Origin: Phycisphaera mikurensis
GTDB taxonomy: Bacteria > Planctomycetota > B15-G4 > JADJEK01
Assembly: GCA_020723465.1 (NCBI GenBank)
Contig: DYIW01000002.1
Span: 7,048-52,180 of the forward strand
Reading direction: 5' to 3'
Length of the DNA stretch: 45,133 nucleotides
Shown piece after piece: positions 43,059 through 45,133 of this stretch; the stretch's first letter is position 1; each line of letters opens with the position of its first letter. Below the pieces are notes generated by a model. It had not been told where the DNA came from and searched no databases. It saw only the letters and a list, made by a program, of their open reading frames with translations. The translations under genes were made by a program, and so were the position numbers.

Positions 43059-43789
43059 CGCAGATGGATCCGCGGCTTTCCGTGGTCGGCGCGCGCCTCG
43101 CGGGAGCGGCGCGCATCCTCGGCGTGACCGGCGGCAAGGGCGGCATCGGCAAGAGCTGCGTGGCGTCCGCCCTGGCCCTGGCTCTCGCCCGCGCCGGCCG
43201 CAGATGCGGCCTGCTCGACCTCGACCTCACCGGCCCGACGGACCACGTCATCCTGGGCGCGCCCGCCGGCTTTCCCGAGGAAGCGCACGGCGTGGAGCCG
43301 CCGCTCTGCTCCGGCGTGCGCTTCATGTCGCTGACCTGCTTCGCCGGCGAGCGGCCGGCGCCCCTGCGCGGCGCGGACGTGACCAACGCCCTGCTGGAGA
43401 TCCTGGCCATCACGCGCTGGGGCGAGCTGGACGCGCTGATCATCGACCTGCCGCCCGGCCTGGGGGACGCAGCCATGGACTGCGTGCGCCTGATCCCGCG
43501 TGCCGAGTACCTCGTGGTGGCGAACGCCTCGCGCGTGGTGCAGGAGACCGTGCGCAGGAATCTGCGCCTGCTCACCGAGATGAAGGCGCCGGTCCGTGGC
43601 GTGGTGGAGAACATGGCCAGGAGCGGTTCGGACGAAGTTCGCCGCCTGGCCGCGGAGCACGGCGCGCCCTTCCTGGGGAGCCTGCCCTTCGACGAGACCC
43701 TGGAACCGGCGATCGGCAGCGCCGAGCGGCTGGCGCGCACGCCCTTCTTCGCGGCCGTGAGCGCTCTGCGCAAGACTCTGTTCCCCTGA
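43055..43789 (+). CDS. Mrp/MinD-family P-loop ATPase, probable ATPase-type HypB
   Basis: Deviant Walker A GKGGIGKS, LLDLD, WGELDALIIDLPPG and VVENM. No CxxC after ENM. Overlaps hypA. Confidence 0.8.
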   Translation: MTQMDPRLSVVGARLAGAARILGVTGGKGGIGKSCVASALALALARAGRRCGLLDLDLTGPTDHVILGAPAGFPEEAHGVEPPLCSGVRFMSLTCFAGERPAPLRGADVTNALLEILAITRWGELDALIIDLPPGLGDAAMDCVRLIPRAEYLVVANASRVVQETVRRNLRLLTEMKAPVRGVVENMARSGSDEVRRLAAEHGAPFLGSLPFDETLEPAIGSAERLARTPFFAAVSALRKTLFP

Positions 43790-43805
43790 GTCCGGGAACG
43801 CGCGT

Positions 43806-44516
43806 TCAGCGCAGCCACGAGCTCCAGGGCTTGACCGCGTTCTCCCAGAGGTCCTCCGCGTCCCAGGCGCCGGGCGTGCGCGGCGGAACCACGTCGAAGA
43901 GCAGGCCGGCCATGAACGTGATCCACGTCCAGTCGGCGTCCGGGAGCTTCGCCAGCTTGTCCCCCAGGGCGCGCAGGCTGTCCCCTTCGGCCAGGCCGAG
44001 CAGGCCCGCGCCGCTGCCATCGGGCTCGACGCGCAGCTTCCTGGCGTCGTAATGGACGCGGACCACCTCGCTTTTCTCGGCGACCAGGCGCCGCGAGAGC
44101 GCTTCGGCACGCGCCTGGACGAAGACCGGGTGCTTCGCGCGGGAGCGCAGGCGCTCCAGGTCGGCGCGGAACGCGCCCGTCTGCAGGCTGCGCAGGAAGG
44201 CGTGCCAGGTCCAGTCCTCCTGCATGAGGTAGCCGGCCTTGACCGAGCGCGCGAGCGTGGCGATCGCGGTGCCGTGCAGCCCCTTCTCGACGCAGAACCC
44301 GACGAAGGCGCGCGCCGGCACACCCTCGGAGACAAAGGCGACCTTGCCGTAGCGGTAGTGCGGAGGCTTGCGCGACGGCACCAGCCACCAGGTGGTGTCG
44401 CTGCGGTCGAAGCGCTCGAAGGGCACGGCGGCCAGGAAGTCCTCTCCCTGGTCCCGGCTGTAGGCCACGACCGCCTCGATGGCGTCTTCCGTGGTTTCGA
44501 AGGAAGTCTGGAGCAT
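43806..44516 (-). CDS. Hypothetical protein
   Basis: 236-aa ORF with plausible composition, downstream of hypE. No family recognised. Confidence 0.6.
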   Translation of the reverse strand: MLQTSFETTEDAIEAVVAYSRDQGEDFLAAVPFERFDRSDTTWWLVPSRKPPHYRYGKVAFVSEGVPARAFVGFCVEKGLHGTAIATLARSVKAGYLMQEDWTWHAFLRSLQTGAFRADLERLRSRAKHPVFVQARAEALSRRLVAEKSEVVRVHYDARKLRVEPDGSGAGLLGLAEGDSLRALGDKLAKLPDADWTWITFMAGLLFDVVPPRTPGAWDAEDLWENAVKPWSSWLR

Positions 44517-44649
44517 GGACGAACCCTGAGTCGTGTCGGACGGGGCCGCCCCGCTCGTGGGCTTTCCTTCGGAGCCGACGAGGTTCGAATCTAGGAGCGT
44601 CGCGCCCGCTGCGCCATGCCGAGGAAACAGGAATTGCGTCTCGGCGCGC

Positions 44650-45132
44650 TCAGCAGATGCGCGGGAGCTGCTCGCCGCTCAGCATGTCCACGATGCGCGT
44701 GCCGCCGATGGTGCTCTGCAGCACGACCTTGCCGGGGTGGCTCTCGACCACCTCGCCGATCCGCGCCGCGTCGCGGCCGAGGGGATGCGCGCGCATGACC
44801 GCGAGAACCTGGGCGGCGACCTGTGGTGCGACGATGACCAGGCACTTGCCCTCGTTGGCCACGTAGAGGGGGTCGAGCCCGAGGAACTCGCAGGCGCCCT
44901 TGACCTCTTCCCGCACCGGGATGGCGCGCTCGTCGAGGCGCACGCCCAGGCGCGCCTGCGCGGCGATCTCGTTCAGCGCGCTGGCCACGCCCCCGCGCGT
45001 GGGATCGCGCAGCACGTGCACCTGCATCTCTCCGGCTTCGAGCACGCGTTCGACCAGGCCGGCGAGCGGCGCCGAGTCGCTCTGCAGCGGCGTCGCGAAC
45101 TCCAGGCCTTCGCGCACCGAGAGGATCGCGAC
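44650..45132 (-). CDS. hypE: Hydrogenase maturation carbamoyl dehydratase (5' part outside the window)
   Basis: LRDPTRGG, GLDPLYVANEG and C-terminal GEQLPRIC. Confidence 0.95.
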   Translation of the reverse strand, partial: VAILSVREGLEFATPLQSDSAPLAGLVERVLEAGEMQVHVLRDPTRGGVASALNEIAAQARLGVRLDERAIPVREEVKGACEFLGLDPLYVANEGKCLVIVAPQVAAQVLAVMRAHPLGRDAARIGEVVESHPGKVVLQSTIGGTRIVDMLSGEQLPRIC

Positions 45133-45133
45133 G

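Noticed and set aside
44650-44660. HypE PRIC-TGA read-through
   Set aside because: HypE needs a free C-terminal Cys, so this is a true stop.

Overview
GC-rich (roughly 70% by eye) bacterial window. The ECF sigma factor with a large exported extension and the FG-GAP protein suggest a Planctomycetota-like anaerobe (inference). The window carries the selenocysteine-insertion genes selC (tRNA-Sec, UCA), selA and selB, followed by a membrane 4Fe-4S protein. Around them are four genes that the ORF track ends at a UGA that is probably Sec. Two are paralogous exported proteins with a YG-U-GFxC motif whose sequences stay conserved past the UGA. One is an exported LolA-like/TlpA redoxin with a U-x-x-C active site. 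One is a small membrane-anchored protein ending C-P-T-U-Q. Each UGA is followed by a hairpin with A-N-G-G in the loop 20-22 nt downstream (candidate SECIS). Together they suggest an extracytoplasmic selenoprotein redox system. The window also has pta-ackA, a HdrA-MvhD/MvhG/MvhA hydrogenase cluster with maturation genes (including a Thermococcales-like HypA plus Mrp-type ATPase pair), a corrinoid protein, CopA, an MNT-HEPN toxin-antitoxin pair, secreted peptidases and two apparently truncated genes. All calls come from reading the sequence; no searches were run.
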